This document shows positions 53,519-64,000 of a stretch of DNA of 64,000 nucleotides, piece after piece. The stretch is from a candidate division FCPU426 bacterium (GTDB lineage Bacteria; Oederibacteriota; Muellerivitia; Muellerivitales; Muellerivitaceae). Positions within the stretch are counted from its first letter, which is position 1. Each line of letters begins with the position of its first letter. The stretch lies in the NCBI GenBank assembly GCA_963771075.1, contig CAVYSE010000014.1, forward strand, positions 32,226 through 96,225. Direction: 5' to 3'. The position numbers and the translations under genes were made by a program. The notes under the pieces are model-generated. The model was not told the origin of the DNA, made no database searches, and saw only the letters and a list, made by a program, of their open reading frames with translations.

Positions 53519-56500
53519 TTACCGAACCACGACCAATTTCAGGTTCTGGTGGCCGATGAGTCCGCCCTGGGCGTTGGTGGCTTCCACCACCGCGAAATAT
53601 AACCCGCTCGCCACTCCCGACGCGTCCCAGGAAGCGGTATTGGCACCCGCCGTGCCCGTCACCTTGCGCGTCACCAACTCACCCGCCGCGTCATACACCC
53701 GGTAGGCCAGCGTCAGGCTCTGGGACGAGTCCGAGGTGAACTGGACGCTATACCCCGTCGTTGGATTCATCAGGTTCGGCCTCGCCGTGATGTTCCCCAT
53801 CCCCGCGTTCGCCGTATCCGACAGCACCATCACGTGACCCGTCAAGACCGTCTCCCCGCCCTGACCATCCTGCGCCGATACCTCGATGTAATATTGCCCC
53901 GACACCACCACCGTCCCATTGTCCCCCGTCCCGTCCCACACGATCACCGTCCCGTTGTTGAGCGTAATCGTCAATTGCGTCGGAATGGCCCCCGTCACCG
54001 GTCCGCTCGTCGGGTCAAAATTCGTCGTAGAAAGCTGTAATTGCGTGGTATTCACCGTGCTGGGGTTGCTCGTGTACACGTAGAGGTTCTTGACCACCTC
54101 CCCGGCCTCGTTGTAGATCTTCACCGCCACCTTGTACAACGACCGGTTCACGATGATCGGCTGGGTCACGCTCGTGTCCGCCCCCATGTTGCTGATACTG
54201 TCCACCTTCACGTAGTACTCCCCGTTCACCACCGGATTGCCCGAGGAATCCATCCCGTTCCAGGTCCCGATGGGTACACCGGAAAAATAAATCGTCGTTG
54301 AGCTTCCCGTCCCGCTCACCGCCGTGATCGCACCCGAACTCAGGTTAAAGCCGCTGATCGCCTGCGAATACTGGCTCACCGGCAGGGACATAATCAGTTC
54401 CCCAGCCGAGTTATAGAGCCCGATCTTCACCGTGTACTGGCCCGTGGTCAGCACGTTCACGCAGGCTGTGGCGGATCCTCCCGCGAAACTGGCCGTCGCG
54501 CAATTCGGGATCGTGACGCCTCCCGCGATCAGGTTGTTCACCGTCGCCTGGTAGGTCATCGCGTATACCCCCGGGGACAGGGGCGAGGGCATCGGCCAGC
54601 TCATCACCGAGGTCGCGGCGTTGTAGGACGGGGTGATTCCCGACGGCTCGCTCCCGAAGGATGAGAAGGTCAGGTTGGCCGGAAGCGGGTCCGTCACCAC
54701 CATGTTCATCACGCCGCCGCTTGAAACATTCAGGGTCAGAGTATAGATCAACGCCTGTCCCGCGCTCGCCACGGAAGTGGACACCTGCTTATTGAGCGAC
54801 ACTGATAGGGGGGGGGTGAAGGTAAAGGTGGCGGTGCTGGTCAGGGTGAAGGTGGCGGTTGGGGTCACGGTGGGGGTGAAAGTCAGGGTGCTGGTCAGGG
54901 TCGAAGTCGGGGTCGCGGTATAGGTGCGGGTGGAGGTCGCGGTTGGCGTATCCGTCGGGGTGGCGGTGTCGGTGGCGGTGAAAGTCGAGGTGGGCGTATT
55001 CGTGGCGGTAAAGGTATTGGTCGCGGTCCAGGTATCGGACGCAGTCGGGGTATAGGTTTCGGTGTAGGTAAAAGGAGGCGTTGCCGTAAAAGTCGGGCTG
55101 TTGGTGGGGGTAAGGGTATCGGTCGAAGTTGGGGTGTAGGTGGAAGTAAAGGTATTAGTCGAGGTCAGGGTATTGGTGGGGGTCACCGTCTCGGTGGGCG
55201 TGTTGGTTTCCGTATCCGTATTGGTCTGGGTCGGGGTGGATGTCTCGGTCAGGGTATTGGTCACCGTGGGAGAGAAGGGAAAGGTATTGGTCCAGGTGGA
55301 CGTGACCGTCGGTGTCTGGGTTTCGGTGACCGTCGGGGTGTTCGTCGTCGTCAGGGTGGATGTGGATGTGAAGGTACTGGATGGCGTGAAGGTATTGGTT
55401 GGGGTGTTTAACGACGTCACGGTATAAGTCGCCGTATCGGTATTGGTGGGAGTCACGGTAGCGGTATTGGTACGGGTCATGGTACTCGTCGGGGTGGAGG
55501 TAGCGGTCACCGTGGGGCTATTGGTGATGGTGAAGGTCAGGAGGGGGGTGATAGTCCAGGTCGGCGTGATGGTGATGGTTGGGGTCACGGTCGGACTATT
55601 GGTTTGGGTGGGAGTGGCCGTGTTGGTCGGGCTATAGGTCGGCGTGGCCGTGTAGGTTTGGGTGGGGGTCACCGTGGGGGTCGGGGTATTGGAAGGCGTA
55701 TTGGTCGGTGTCACGGTAGCGGTATTGGTGCGGGTCATGGTGGCCGTCGGAGTGGTGGTTGGCGTAAAGGTACTGGTGGGAGTGACCGTGTTGGTATTCG
55801 TGGGGGTCACCGTGGGGGTGGGGGTGCTGGTGGAGGTATTGGTCGGGGTGACCGTATAGGTATTGGTGCGGGTCACGGTATAGGTCACCGTATTCGTGGC
55901 CGTCACCGTCGGCGTCAGGGTGATCGTGAAGGTGATGATGGGAGTGATGGTGATCGTCGGCGTTATCGTGATAGTCGGAGTGACTGTGGGCGTATTGGTG
56001 TGGGTGGGCGTCATGGTACTGGTCGGGGTGTAGGTATTCGTCGGTGTGACGGTGGGGGTCACCGTGTAGGTATTGGTGCGGGTGAGGGTCGCCGTGGGGG
56101 TGTTGGTCGGCGTCACGGTATAGGTATTGGTAGGAGTCACCGTGGGCGTAAAGGTATTGGACACCGTATAGGTATTAGTCGGAGTCACCGTGTTGGTTTT
56201 CGTGGGGGTCACCGTGGACGTGTAGGTATTGGTCGGCGTGACAGTATTCGTTTGGGTGGGGGTGACGGTCGGGGTATTGGTACGAGTCACCGTCAAGGTG
56301 TTCGTGGGGGTGACTGTCGGTGTCACCGTATTCGTGTTGGTGGGAGTGAATGTGTTGGTTTTCGTCGGTGTCACCGTGGGGGTGTAGGTAGGAGTGACGG
56401 TATTGGTGTTGGTGGGCGTTACGCTTTGTGTAAAGGTATTGGTCGGTGTTACCGTATTCGTTTTCGTTGGTGTCACCGTAGGGGTATAGGTGGGCGTTAC

Positions 56501-58777
56501 TGTATTCGTATTAGTGGGAGTTACGGTATTGGTGCGGGTCGGTGTTATGGTTGGCGTATAGGTGGGCGTATAGGTTTGCGTCAATGTTGGAGTTCTAGTG
56601 GGGGTATAGGTAGGAGTAATGGTATTCGTATTACTGGGAGTGGGTGTAGCCGTCTTAGTGGGTGTGATTGTAGGCGTCGAAGTAACGGTTGGCGTATTGG
56701 TCTGAGTTACGGTGGGGGTGAAGGTATTGGTACTGCAAAACAACACCGCCGTCACGGCGTTAGAAGTCACCGCCGCATCTCCGGTGGCGGAAATAACCGA
56801 TTGATTGATGTAAGTTACTGAACTTTGCGCACCGCAAGCGACCGTACCCCACCAGGTAATGGCGCCCCCCAAATTATAAACAGGTCCGGGGATGGTCCAG
56901 TTAAGAGTACCAGAACCCGCCGCAGGGCAAGCCACGCCCGCCACACCCGCGTTGGCCGTATTGCATCCGACATAAGTCATGTTGGCAGGTACCACATCGG
57001 TAAGGACGGTGTTTGAGACCGAATCATCAGTGAAAAGCATCAAATTTCCGAAATTATTCTGCCCAGCCGTGGAATCCAATTGCCATCCTTGATACCAAAG
57101 ACTTCCCCCCGCACAAGGAGGGCCAGTGACCCCAGTACAAGTGGTGCTCTGAATGATGGTTTTGGTACCCTTTTCATAAAGATCCAAGGTCACGTTGTAG
57201 TTTGTTCCAGAAACCCACTGTACGGTGGCGACCATGGTGTACCATTGGCCGGCAATGGGCGCGGTACCCGTAATCGATTTACAAATATAAGACGGTGTCC
57301 CGCTTCCCGTTCCGTATTGCATGTAGATATAGCCCGGGTTGGGGTCCAGGGACAATCCCGCCATCAGGGAATAAGTTACCCCGCTACTCGTATTGTAGGC
57401 GACCACCATGGTAGCGTCCCCCCCCGCGCTCGTGCCAGTGCATCCCGCGCAGGCAGCCGGTTCTTCCAAGTCCCCTTGAACAGTGAAGGCTGTTCCATCG
57501 CACATGCTGACCCCCCCGCTATTCCTGATAAGCAGGGGAAAATCCGTCCCGTTCGTGGAATAACACGCAATAGGCATATTGCCTGAGAGATAGTTATTTC
57601 CATCCGGCCCTTGAACTACCGTAATGCCGGATCCAGAAGGATCCGCAGAGCAAACGCACCCGTTGACACCACAAGCCGTATACTTATAGGCAACCCCTCC
57701 CATATCCAGAATGTTGCCGTTCGAAGTACCCGCCGTATTATTGTCATAAGAATCGTACCATTGAAGGCTTTCCCCGTTAATGTTGTAGCTTAAGGTGTAG
57801 GTTTCCGTCTGTCCCGGTGCCAGGACGGCGGCCGATTGGGTTTTTACTAAATTGAACCCGCCACCGTTCACCGTGGCAGTAACCGTGTTCGTGCTGGAAG
57901 ATGTCCCCCCGCCAGGGTTGATGGTCGCCTGGTTGGGAATCACCGTGTTGTTGGCCGTACCAGCATTTACCTTCACCAGCATCCATACCTGACCCGTTTG
58001 GTTTCCCGCATTGGCGGGGATCGTCCATACCACAGGCCCCCCTGTGGAGGTCACGTATCCAGGAGGGCCTTCCGATACCAACGTTGTATTCGCGGGGATC
58101 GGGTCGCTAATGGTACTCGCTGATGTTGTATGGCTGAAATCGTAATTGATGGAGAAGAGAATGTAGTCGCCGTCCGCAGCGCTGGCCCCATTGGCAATAT
58201 CACCATTCACCGTCTTTACGCCAGAGCCGGTTGAACTCGTGGCCTCGGGAACAGTTAGGCAGTTAGTTTCTGTCACACTGGCTGCATTACCGCAAAAATA
58301 GTTATTAGGACTCACTAATGCCGTAAAACAGTAGGTAACCCCATAAGTGTCAGCCGGCAATTGATAATAGTAGGTTCTGGTAACGTTCACACAAGTTGTC
58401 TGGTTTCCATCTGCAGGATATGTATATCCAGCCTGGTTAAAACCTAAAGCCTGATCCACACAATTGTTATTAATGCCGTTGACATCAGCCAAAAAACATT
58501 GCCCTGCTGTTCCCACTTGGCAACTTTCCAGACCCGCCACTCCGTTGTCGTTGACGGCCAACAATACTACCGTCGAGTTGTATTGATTGGTGGAACAATA
58601 ATTAAGATTGATCGTCACCGTCTCTCCGGGTACCGGATTTGGAGGACTGATGGTCAAAGAAGCTGGGGTAAAAGTTTGGCCAAAAGCGACACCTACAAAA
58701 AACCTCAAAAACAAGCTCAAACCAACACTGGTCTGAATAACGGACGATAGGATGTTTTTGATGCTTTCTAATTTCAT
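53519..58777 (-). CDS. Large secreted protein: Cys-rich N-domain, DUF11 domains with lectin-like insert, Thr-rich stalk, DUF11, two FlgD-Ig domains, T9SS-like CTD
   Basis: N-half paralogous to 8384-11875, C-half paralogous to 42967-51948; ends ASGLYF..KLVVVR; start placed at MKLES (ORF open to 58891). Confidence 0.85.
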   Translation of the reverse strand: MKLESIKNILSSVIQTSVGLSLFLRFFVGVAFGQTFTPASLTISPPNPVPGETVTINLNYCSTNQYNSTVVLLAVNDNGVAGLESCQVGTAGQCFLADVNGINNNCVDQALGFNQAGYTYPADGNQTTCVNVTRTYYYQLPADTYGVTYCFTALVSPNNYFCGNAASVTETNCLTVPEATSSTGSGVKTVNGDIANGASAADGDYILFSINYDFSHTTSASTISDPIPANTTLVSEGPPGYVTSTGGPVVWTIPANAGNQTGQVWMLVKVNAGTANNTVIPNQATINPGGGTSSSTNTVTATVNGGGFNLVKTQSAAVLAPGQTETYTLSYNINGESLQWYDSYDNNTAGTSNGNILDMGGVAYKYTACGVNGCVCSADPSGSGITVVQGPDGNNYLSGNMPIACYSTNGTDFPLLIRNSGGVSMCDGTAFTVQGDLEEPAACAGCTGTSAGGDATMVVAYNTSSGVTYSLMAGLSLDPNPGYIYMQYGTGSGTPSYICKSITGTAPIAGQWYTMVATVQWVSGTNYNVTLDLYEKGTKTIIQSTTCTGVTGPPCAGGSLWYQGWQLDSTAGQNNFGNLMLFTDDSVSNTVLTDVVPANMTYVGCNTANAGVAGVACPAAGSGTLNWTIPGPVYNLGGAITWWGTVACGAQSSVTYINQSVISATGDAAVTSNAVTAVLFCSTNTFTPTVTQTNTPTVTSTPTITPTKTATPTPSNTNTITPTYTPTRTPTLTQTYTPTYTPTITPTRTNTVTPTNTNTVTPTYTPTVTPTKTNTVTPTNTFTQSVTPTNTNTVTPTYTPTVTPTKTNTFTPTNTNTVTPTVTPTNTLTVTRTNTPTVTPTQTNTVTPTNTYTSTVTPTKTNTVTPTNTYTVSNTFTPTVTPTNTYTVTPTNTPTATLTRTNTYTVTPTVTPTNTYTPTSTMTPTHTNTPTVTPTITITPTITITPIITFTITLTPTVTATNTVTYTVTRTNTYTVTPTNTSTSTPTPTVTPTNTNTVTPTSTFTPTTTPTATMTRTNTATVTPTNTPSNTPTPTVTPTQTYTATPTYSPTNTATPTQTNSPTVTPTITITPTWTITPLLTFTITNSPTVTATSTPTSTMTRTNTATVTPTNTDTATYTVTSLNTPTNTFTPSSTFTSTSTLTTTNTPTVTETQTPTVTSTWTNTFPFSPTVTNTLTETSTPTQTNTDTETNTPTETVTPTNTLTSTNTFTSTYTPTSTDTLTPTNSPTFTATPPFTYTETYTPTASDTWTATNTFTATNTPTSTFTATDTATPTDTPTATSTRTYTATPTSTLTSTLTFTPTVTPTATFTLTSTATFTFTPPLSVSLNKQVSTSVASAGQALIYTLTLNVSSGGVMNMVVTDPLPANLTFSSFGSEPSGITPSYNAATSVMSWPMPSPLSPGVYAMTYQATVNNLIAGGVTIPNCATASFAGGSATACVNVLTTGQYTVKIGLYNSAGELIMSLPVSQYSQAISGFNLSSGAITAVSGTGSSTTIYFSGVPIGTWNGMDSSGNPVVNGEYYVKVDSISNMGADTSVTQPIIVNRSLYKVAVKIYNEAGEVVKNLYVYTSNPSTVNTTQLQLSTTNFDPTSGPVTGAIPTQLTITLNNGTVIVWDGTGDNGTVVVSGQYYIEVSAQDGQGGETVLTGHVMVLSDTANAGMGNITARPNLMNPTTGYSVQFTSDSSQSLTLAYRVYDAAGELVTRKVTGTAGANTASWDASGVASGLYFAVVEATNAQGGLIGHQNLKLVVVR

Positions 58778-59029
58778 AGATTTCTCAAACCTTAATCTTA
58801 TAAATAACCGGCGGTTATTAAACTGGCCTGGAAGCGCTTTATCAATTACATTTTCCATACCTTTTTTTCGATAAGTAATAACGGAAATCATAACAAAACT
58901 ATCGGAGTTTCACGGAAAAGCAACTAGTGATATTTGTTGAAATCTTGTTTAATTGCATGATTTGTTTAAAAGTCATCAAAAACTATTAAATGTTGTCAGT
59001 TTTAAGCCAAAAGATCTAGAGCTCCTACG

Positions 59030-59416
59030 AAACTGAGTAACAAAAGGGAAGCCGAGTAACAGTACCGGTCAACCCGTGTAACAAGGACTGGAAACCAGGT
59101 AACGGTATCAGCAAACCCAAGTAACAGACCGGGGGAAGGCAAGTAACGGCTCGACGAACCCAGGTAACAGGCCAGTAAGCTAGGTAACGGCACCCATGAA
59201 CCTGAGTAACAAGGCCTGGAAGCTGAGTAACTACGCCCGTGAACCTGAGTAACAACCTGATAAACAACGTATGCCAACCTAGTGAATTAAAGCGATTTTT
59301 CAGTGAACAGTATCCTGAAACCAGTGATAAAGGGCTAAAAGCCGGTGACAAGAGGCTGAAAGCCTGTGACAAGGGATTATAAACCAGTGACAAAAGACCG
59401 GAAAGCCTGTGACAAA
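59030..59416. repeat. Non-coding array of about 21-bp period: 11 AAnCnnnGTAAC units, then 7 AAnCCnGTGA(C) units, with variable spacers
   Basis: GTAAC at 59037, 056, 078, 099, 121, 143, 164, 184, 206, 227, 249; GTGA at 59282, 303, 324, 345, 366, 387, 409. Confidence 0.9.
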
Positions 59417-60111
59417 TGCCGTTAAACGCGGTAGAAATTCTTAGAGTCCCGGATAGGGTTTGAGGGTTATCGGATAACAGCTATCTTGCCGGTGTAATTC
59501 TGTCGGATTTTTGTATCATCCACCTGAAGAATATAAATATACAGGCCGCTGGCCACGGGTGTGTGAGCTTGGTTCTCGACCTGCCACAACAAGTCGTTCA
59601 CCCCTGTCGTCCCCTCAACCGTGGTTTGATAGACCATCTCCCCGACAAGGTTATAAACGCTTAGGCGAACCTGGCCCGGATGTCCCAAGGTCACACGTAA
59701 ATCGACCGGTTCACCATTCTTGGAAATATTCGGCGCAGCCACGACTGACTGGGTCAAAAGTTCCGGGTTGACTGTGGGCATCGGGGTGGTTGTGGTAGTC
59801 AACGAAGGTGTGGGTGTGAACGAAAGTGCATCTTTCGAACGCAAAATAGCTTTGGCCGCTTTAGAGATGAGTGAGCTAGTACCACATCCTCCAATACATG
59901 ACCCGGGCGAGTAAACAAGTACATCATAGGATTGAGTTAGGTAAATATTATTATTAGGATCAACTCCAAGTCCGTAAACTACCCCCCCCGTGGTCCAAGA
60001 AATGGTCGCGTTCGATAAATAGTTGCCATTGCAATCAAAAACCAATACCCGATCGTTGGTTGAATCATCGACATATAACTGGCCATTAGAGTCAACCGCC
60101 AAATCATTAAT

Positions 60112-61480
60112 GGCTCTTCTGCAAAAGTTGTGGGTAGTTTAGAGGCATTTTAGAAGTCTTCCAAGGTGCAAGTTAGCACCTTCAGTCGCAGATATTCCTG
60201 GTCCCGCAGACCGTAAGCCCGCCGCTGAATGACACGAATTTTGTTATTCAGCCCTTCCACGAACCCCAGGGATACCTTGTTCTCTGGTTTGCAGTGCGCC
60301 ACGATTCCTTCCCAATGCCTTTCCACTGTCCGAGCAAACTTCTCATACGATCCCAATTCTTGCCCTTTCAAAGATGACTTCCAGTTGTCTAAAAATTTTT
60401 GAGCACACGCCGGATACTGATAATCCCAAAGCTGCCCAAACGATTCCTTCAGGACATAGGCTGTGTTCAAGCGTTTGTTGGCCATTAGCAACGCCTTCAA
60501 CCTTTTTCGACCCTTTAGGTCTAGGTTCTGCTGGTGGGACAGCAGGATGTATCGGTTTCCCTTGATGTACTCCCGTTCTTCTTCTGGAAGGTTCTTGTAT
60601 TCGGAACGCCGCACCTCATCCATGGCCTCTCCCAACTTTCGCATCACATGGAACTTGTCGTAGAGAATGGCCGCCTGAGGTGCATTCTTGACGGTGGAAT
60701 TTTCAAATGCTTCCCACATGTCCATTACGGCCAGCCGAACCTTTTCAGCCTTTTTTTGCCCCAATTCCTCCCAAAACAGGTCCAGGCTTTCTTCCGTGCG
60801 GTCTTTTCCGCCAAACCAAATCGGTCGCTTACGCTCAAGATCGCTCACTACGATCCGATAGTTATGCCCCTTCCGAATCGAGATTTCATCTATTCCTATC
60901 ACTCTGGGTGCCGGATTGCCCACCCGTCTCAATTTCTCCCGCATGTAGTCCATTTCCATGGTCTTGGCGGTTCGCCAATCCAAATGAAGCTCGTTGGCCA
61001 CTTCCCGGATCGTAGTGTTCTGACACCTTTTCCCGACATAGTAGGCAAACCGTTTCGTGTAAAAAGAGTTGTTCCCGATCCAGGAAAGGCTTTCTGCCTT
61101 CACGGCTCCGCAGTCCTTACAATCAACCCTGCGGACTTCCACTTCCAGATAGACCCGCAGATCCCCGCAGGGCTTGTCTCGGACCAGTCTTGTTTTTCGG
61201 TCGTAGAATGTGCGAGAAACTTTTCCACAGGCTCCACAAACTGTTTTTTTCCCCTGCGTTGGAGCCGAATGATCCGTGCGTACGGATCACCAAACAACCC
61301 CTTGAGCATGATTCGGGGAATGAAACCGGGGAACCGATAGGCGTCATACAGACATTTGAAATTTTTCATGCCCAAAGCATGACAAGTTTTTTGAGACCTT
61401 CAAGACTATAAAAACATTATGCCAATTGGTGTTTTGGTCTTTTAACCCGGATTTTTACCCACAAGTTTTGTAGAAGACCC
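60112..61480 (-). mobile_element. ISL3-family insertion sequence (1369 bp)
   Basis: 25-bp IRs GGCTCTTCTGCAAAAGTTGTGGGTA / GGGTCTTCTACAAAACTTGTGGGTA (3 mismatches); 8-bp TSD TCATTAAT at 60104-60111 and 61481-61488. Confidence 0.97.
60150..61369 (-). CDS. ISL3 transposase split over two frames (-1 shift at the A7 run, 61244-61250)
   Basis: IGIDE, MDMW, YDKFHV, VEGLNNKI..I.RRAYG; the -1 frame restores the CGACG...CKDCG zinc finger. Confidence 0.9.
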
Positions 61481-64000
61481 TCATTAATAACACCTCCAGT
61501 TTGCACGTTGGATGTTGAATTTGAAACAATGGTGCTCCATGTGCCACTCCCCTGGTTATATTTTTGGACGCGGTCAAGATATTGATCTGCCACGTAAAAA
61601 TCTCCCGATCCGTCGATGGCCAACCCCGTCGCATTAAAAAAGCTGTTCACTCCCCCTCCTGAAACAATAGTACTCCATGTCGATGAAGAAGGATTAAATC
61701 CTAGAATCGATCCACCTGAGACCACGCAAACCGTCGTTCCGGCGGAACTAAACGTAACCGCAATTCCCCAGGCATTAGAGGATCCTGAAGGGAGCGAATA
61801 GGAGGTAACTTGAAGATTGGAAGTGTTGAACTCCAGAATTTCATTATTCATTGTTTCCCACAAATGTCCCGAACCATCCAACGCAAGGCGGGCACTGGAG
61901 CTATCGGTTGACCACGTTCCAATTCCGATAAAGTTATAGTATGGGTCATATTTGAAAATGTATTGCCCATAATTATCGGAAGTATAAATATATCCTTGTG
62001 AATCCACGACAGTGTCCAACGCTGTAGAAAGGTTCCCAGGACCTGTCCCAATACTAGTTGCTAGGTCCTGTCCAAATTCTGCCAGTGGTTGAAATTCAGC
62101 GCAAACCGTACCTGTTGGCGTGAGGGTCGCCGTGGGAAGAACCGGTTGTGTTGCGGTAGGGACTTGAGTCAAAGGCACGAACGGTGTGGTTGAAGCCTGA
62201 CAAACGGTGCAAGGGGCATAAATCTGAACTTGACCGTTGGTTAAAGGAACATACAAGTTATTTTGGGTGTCCATACCCAAACCTGAAACAATGGGCATTT
62301 GGAATAAACCGGTTGGGATTATCGAAGTGAAATTATGTCCGGATGAATTATAAATACCTATCGAATTATCGAAAGCATCATCCACATACACATTCCCGCA
62401 AGCATCCACGACTATGTCAGCAAGCCGCGGAGCTAGGCCCCCGACCGGATAACTGAATTGGCCGGAGTAGAGGAACTTTTCCCATCTTTTATTGGCGGAA
62501 TCGCCCACGTAAATATTACCCGCACTGTCTACCGCCAAGCCTTGTGGATTGCTAAAGTCTCCCGGGTTGGAAGTGCCATAGCCTTGAATGATCACACTAG
62601 GAGCATAACCCGTGGACGCCGTGAGTTTAACCACCCGGTTGTTGCCCGAATCCGAAACGTAAACATTACCCGAAGGGTCCGTGGCAATGCCCCAAGGCTT
62701 ATTGAATTGTCCCAAAGCACCGATAGCGGGACCCCAAACCGGCCCCGGCACGCCATTAGAAAAGTATTCCTGAACTTCGTTTGCAGCTTCATTAGCCACG
62801 AAAATGTTGCCATTATTGTCCACCGCCAAGTGCAAGGAACCCGTCGAAGTCATATTCACCGTCCAACCAGCCGTTGCTATTGATCCAAGGGGGTATTTCC
62901 ACCGGGTCAATTGAGTCCCACCCGGGATTGAAGCAGCGATATAAACATAATTGAGAGTAGGATCGACCGCCACATCCAAGGGCGCGATACCCGACCCAGG
63001 CATAGTAAAGGTATTGATTAATTGATATCCCGTGCAAGGGGTTGAAGTTAATGTCCCAGTCGAGGTTACTGTAAGAGTGAATGAATTTGTGGCAGTGGAT
63101 GTTACCGTCGCTGTTACTGTTATGGATGGGGTATCGGTAACTGTGTAAGTTATCGTATTGGTTGGCGTAAGGGTAACATTTGGAGTTAACGTCACGGTAG
63201 GCGTGTTAGTGACCGAGTGGGTGGTGGTTGGGGTGACCGTGAACGTGCGGGTTCTCGTGAGGGTAGGAGTATAGGTAACGGTTCTGGTGGCCGTCTCGGT
63301 AGGTGTCTCAGTCGTTGTCCGAGTATCCGTGACGGTGGGTGTATTCGAGACGCAGGCGGGAACCGGGCGGCAGGCGGGTGCTATCCCACCGGATGCAGAG
63401 ACAAGGTTTCCCTGATAATAAACCGCATAATGCAGGTCGTTGGTATAAATGCTCCCTCCCCCTACCCCGCAGGGGCTGTACCAATCAGCCGTACCTGGAA
63501 CGAAATTAACGTAATCCGGCCCGACATGGATGGCCGTCTGGATATCCGACCAGGTTGCTCCGGCAGGCAGTACCGCCGCATCGGTATTGGATACCGTGAT
63601 TTCCCAGTTGGCTTGGTGAGTGGCATCGGGCCCGCAAGGCGGGAAGAAGTTAATCGTTGAAATCGCCACACCCGACACTGCTATGCCGGTGGTGCCGTAA
63701 TTCCCTCCCCAATTGACGGCCCCGATGACCGTATTGGCTGGATTGCCGGTGATGTTCGTGTCATCCACCCAGAACTTGATGGTGATCTGATTCAGGTTGA
63801 TGCCTGTGGAGCCTGTATTAATAACCTCGAAAGACTGGTTAGCTTGGTTTGTTCCACAAGTGGTTTTTTCCTCCAATTGCAAGCCCGCCAAGCTGATCCC
63901 GCAGCGTGGGGTCGTCGTCGCGGTTGAGGTCGGGGTTTTGGTTTGCGTTCTTGTAGGAGTAATAGTGGACGTTAATGTATGGGTCGGGGTGTAGGTTTGG

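Larger units (their letters stand above)
59467..64000 (-). pseudogene. Secreted CBM3-like / double NHL-propeller / CTD protein, interrupted by ISL3; 5' end lies outside the window
   Basis: Removing the IS and one TSD joins GGVIN-DLAVDSNG in frame; NTGSTGINLNQITIKFW CBM3-like; NHL repeats; ends ASGLYIY..GKIAVIR. Confidence 0.88.

Noticed and set aside
59002..59393. Two minus-strand ORFs (91 and 122 aa) across the 21-bp array
   Set aside because: Unit lengths of 19-22 bp break the frame periodicity; no protein-like motif
59030..59416. CRISPR call for the repeat array
   Set aside because: Cores are about 12 nt and degenerate, spacers are under 11 nt, and no cas genes are in the window

Overview
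Chromosomal segment of a diderm bacterium. The gene style suggests an uncultured lineage outside Bacteroidota, perhaps FCPU426-like; this is inference only. Nearly half of the window encodes seven secreted modular proteins with long Thr-x (TPT) linkers, each ending in a T9SS-type-A/FlgD-Ig-like C-terminal domain: two GH5 glycoside hydrolases, NHL/CBM3-like/DUF11 proteins, and a 2993-aa protein with about 80 14-aa repeats. Two of them lie directly upstream of an unusual PorV-barrel/FlgD-Ig/OmpA/TPR fusion gene, which converges on a GT-C (PMT-like) glycosyltransferase. Housekeeping content: hybrid histidine kinase, aroQ, glnA with a sigma54 promoter and an adjacent NifA-like activator, tolC-macA-macB, a degenerate adenylate cyclase, mutY, metY-cysK-metX-metW, glycerate kinase and bioB. 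An ISL3 element (25-bp IRs, 8-bp TSD, -1 frameshift site) disrupts the last secreted-protein gene. The best non-coding signals are (1) two tandem, covarying SAM-II/SAM-V-like pseudoknot riboswitch candidates with terminators in front of metY, (2) an unexplained 18-unit array of about 21-bp period with a conserved core and variable spacers at 59.0-59.4 kb, and (3) a shared sigma54 promoter/operator architecture upstream of both GH5 genes.
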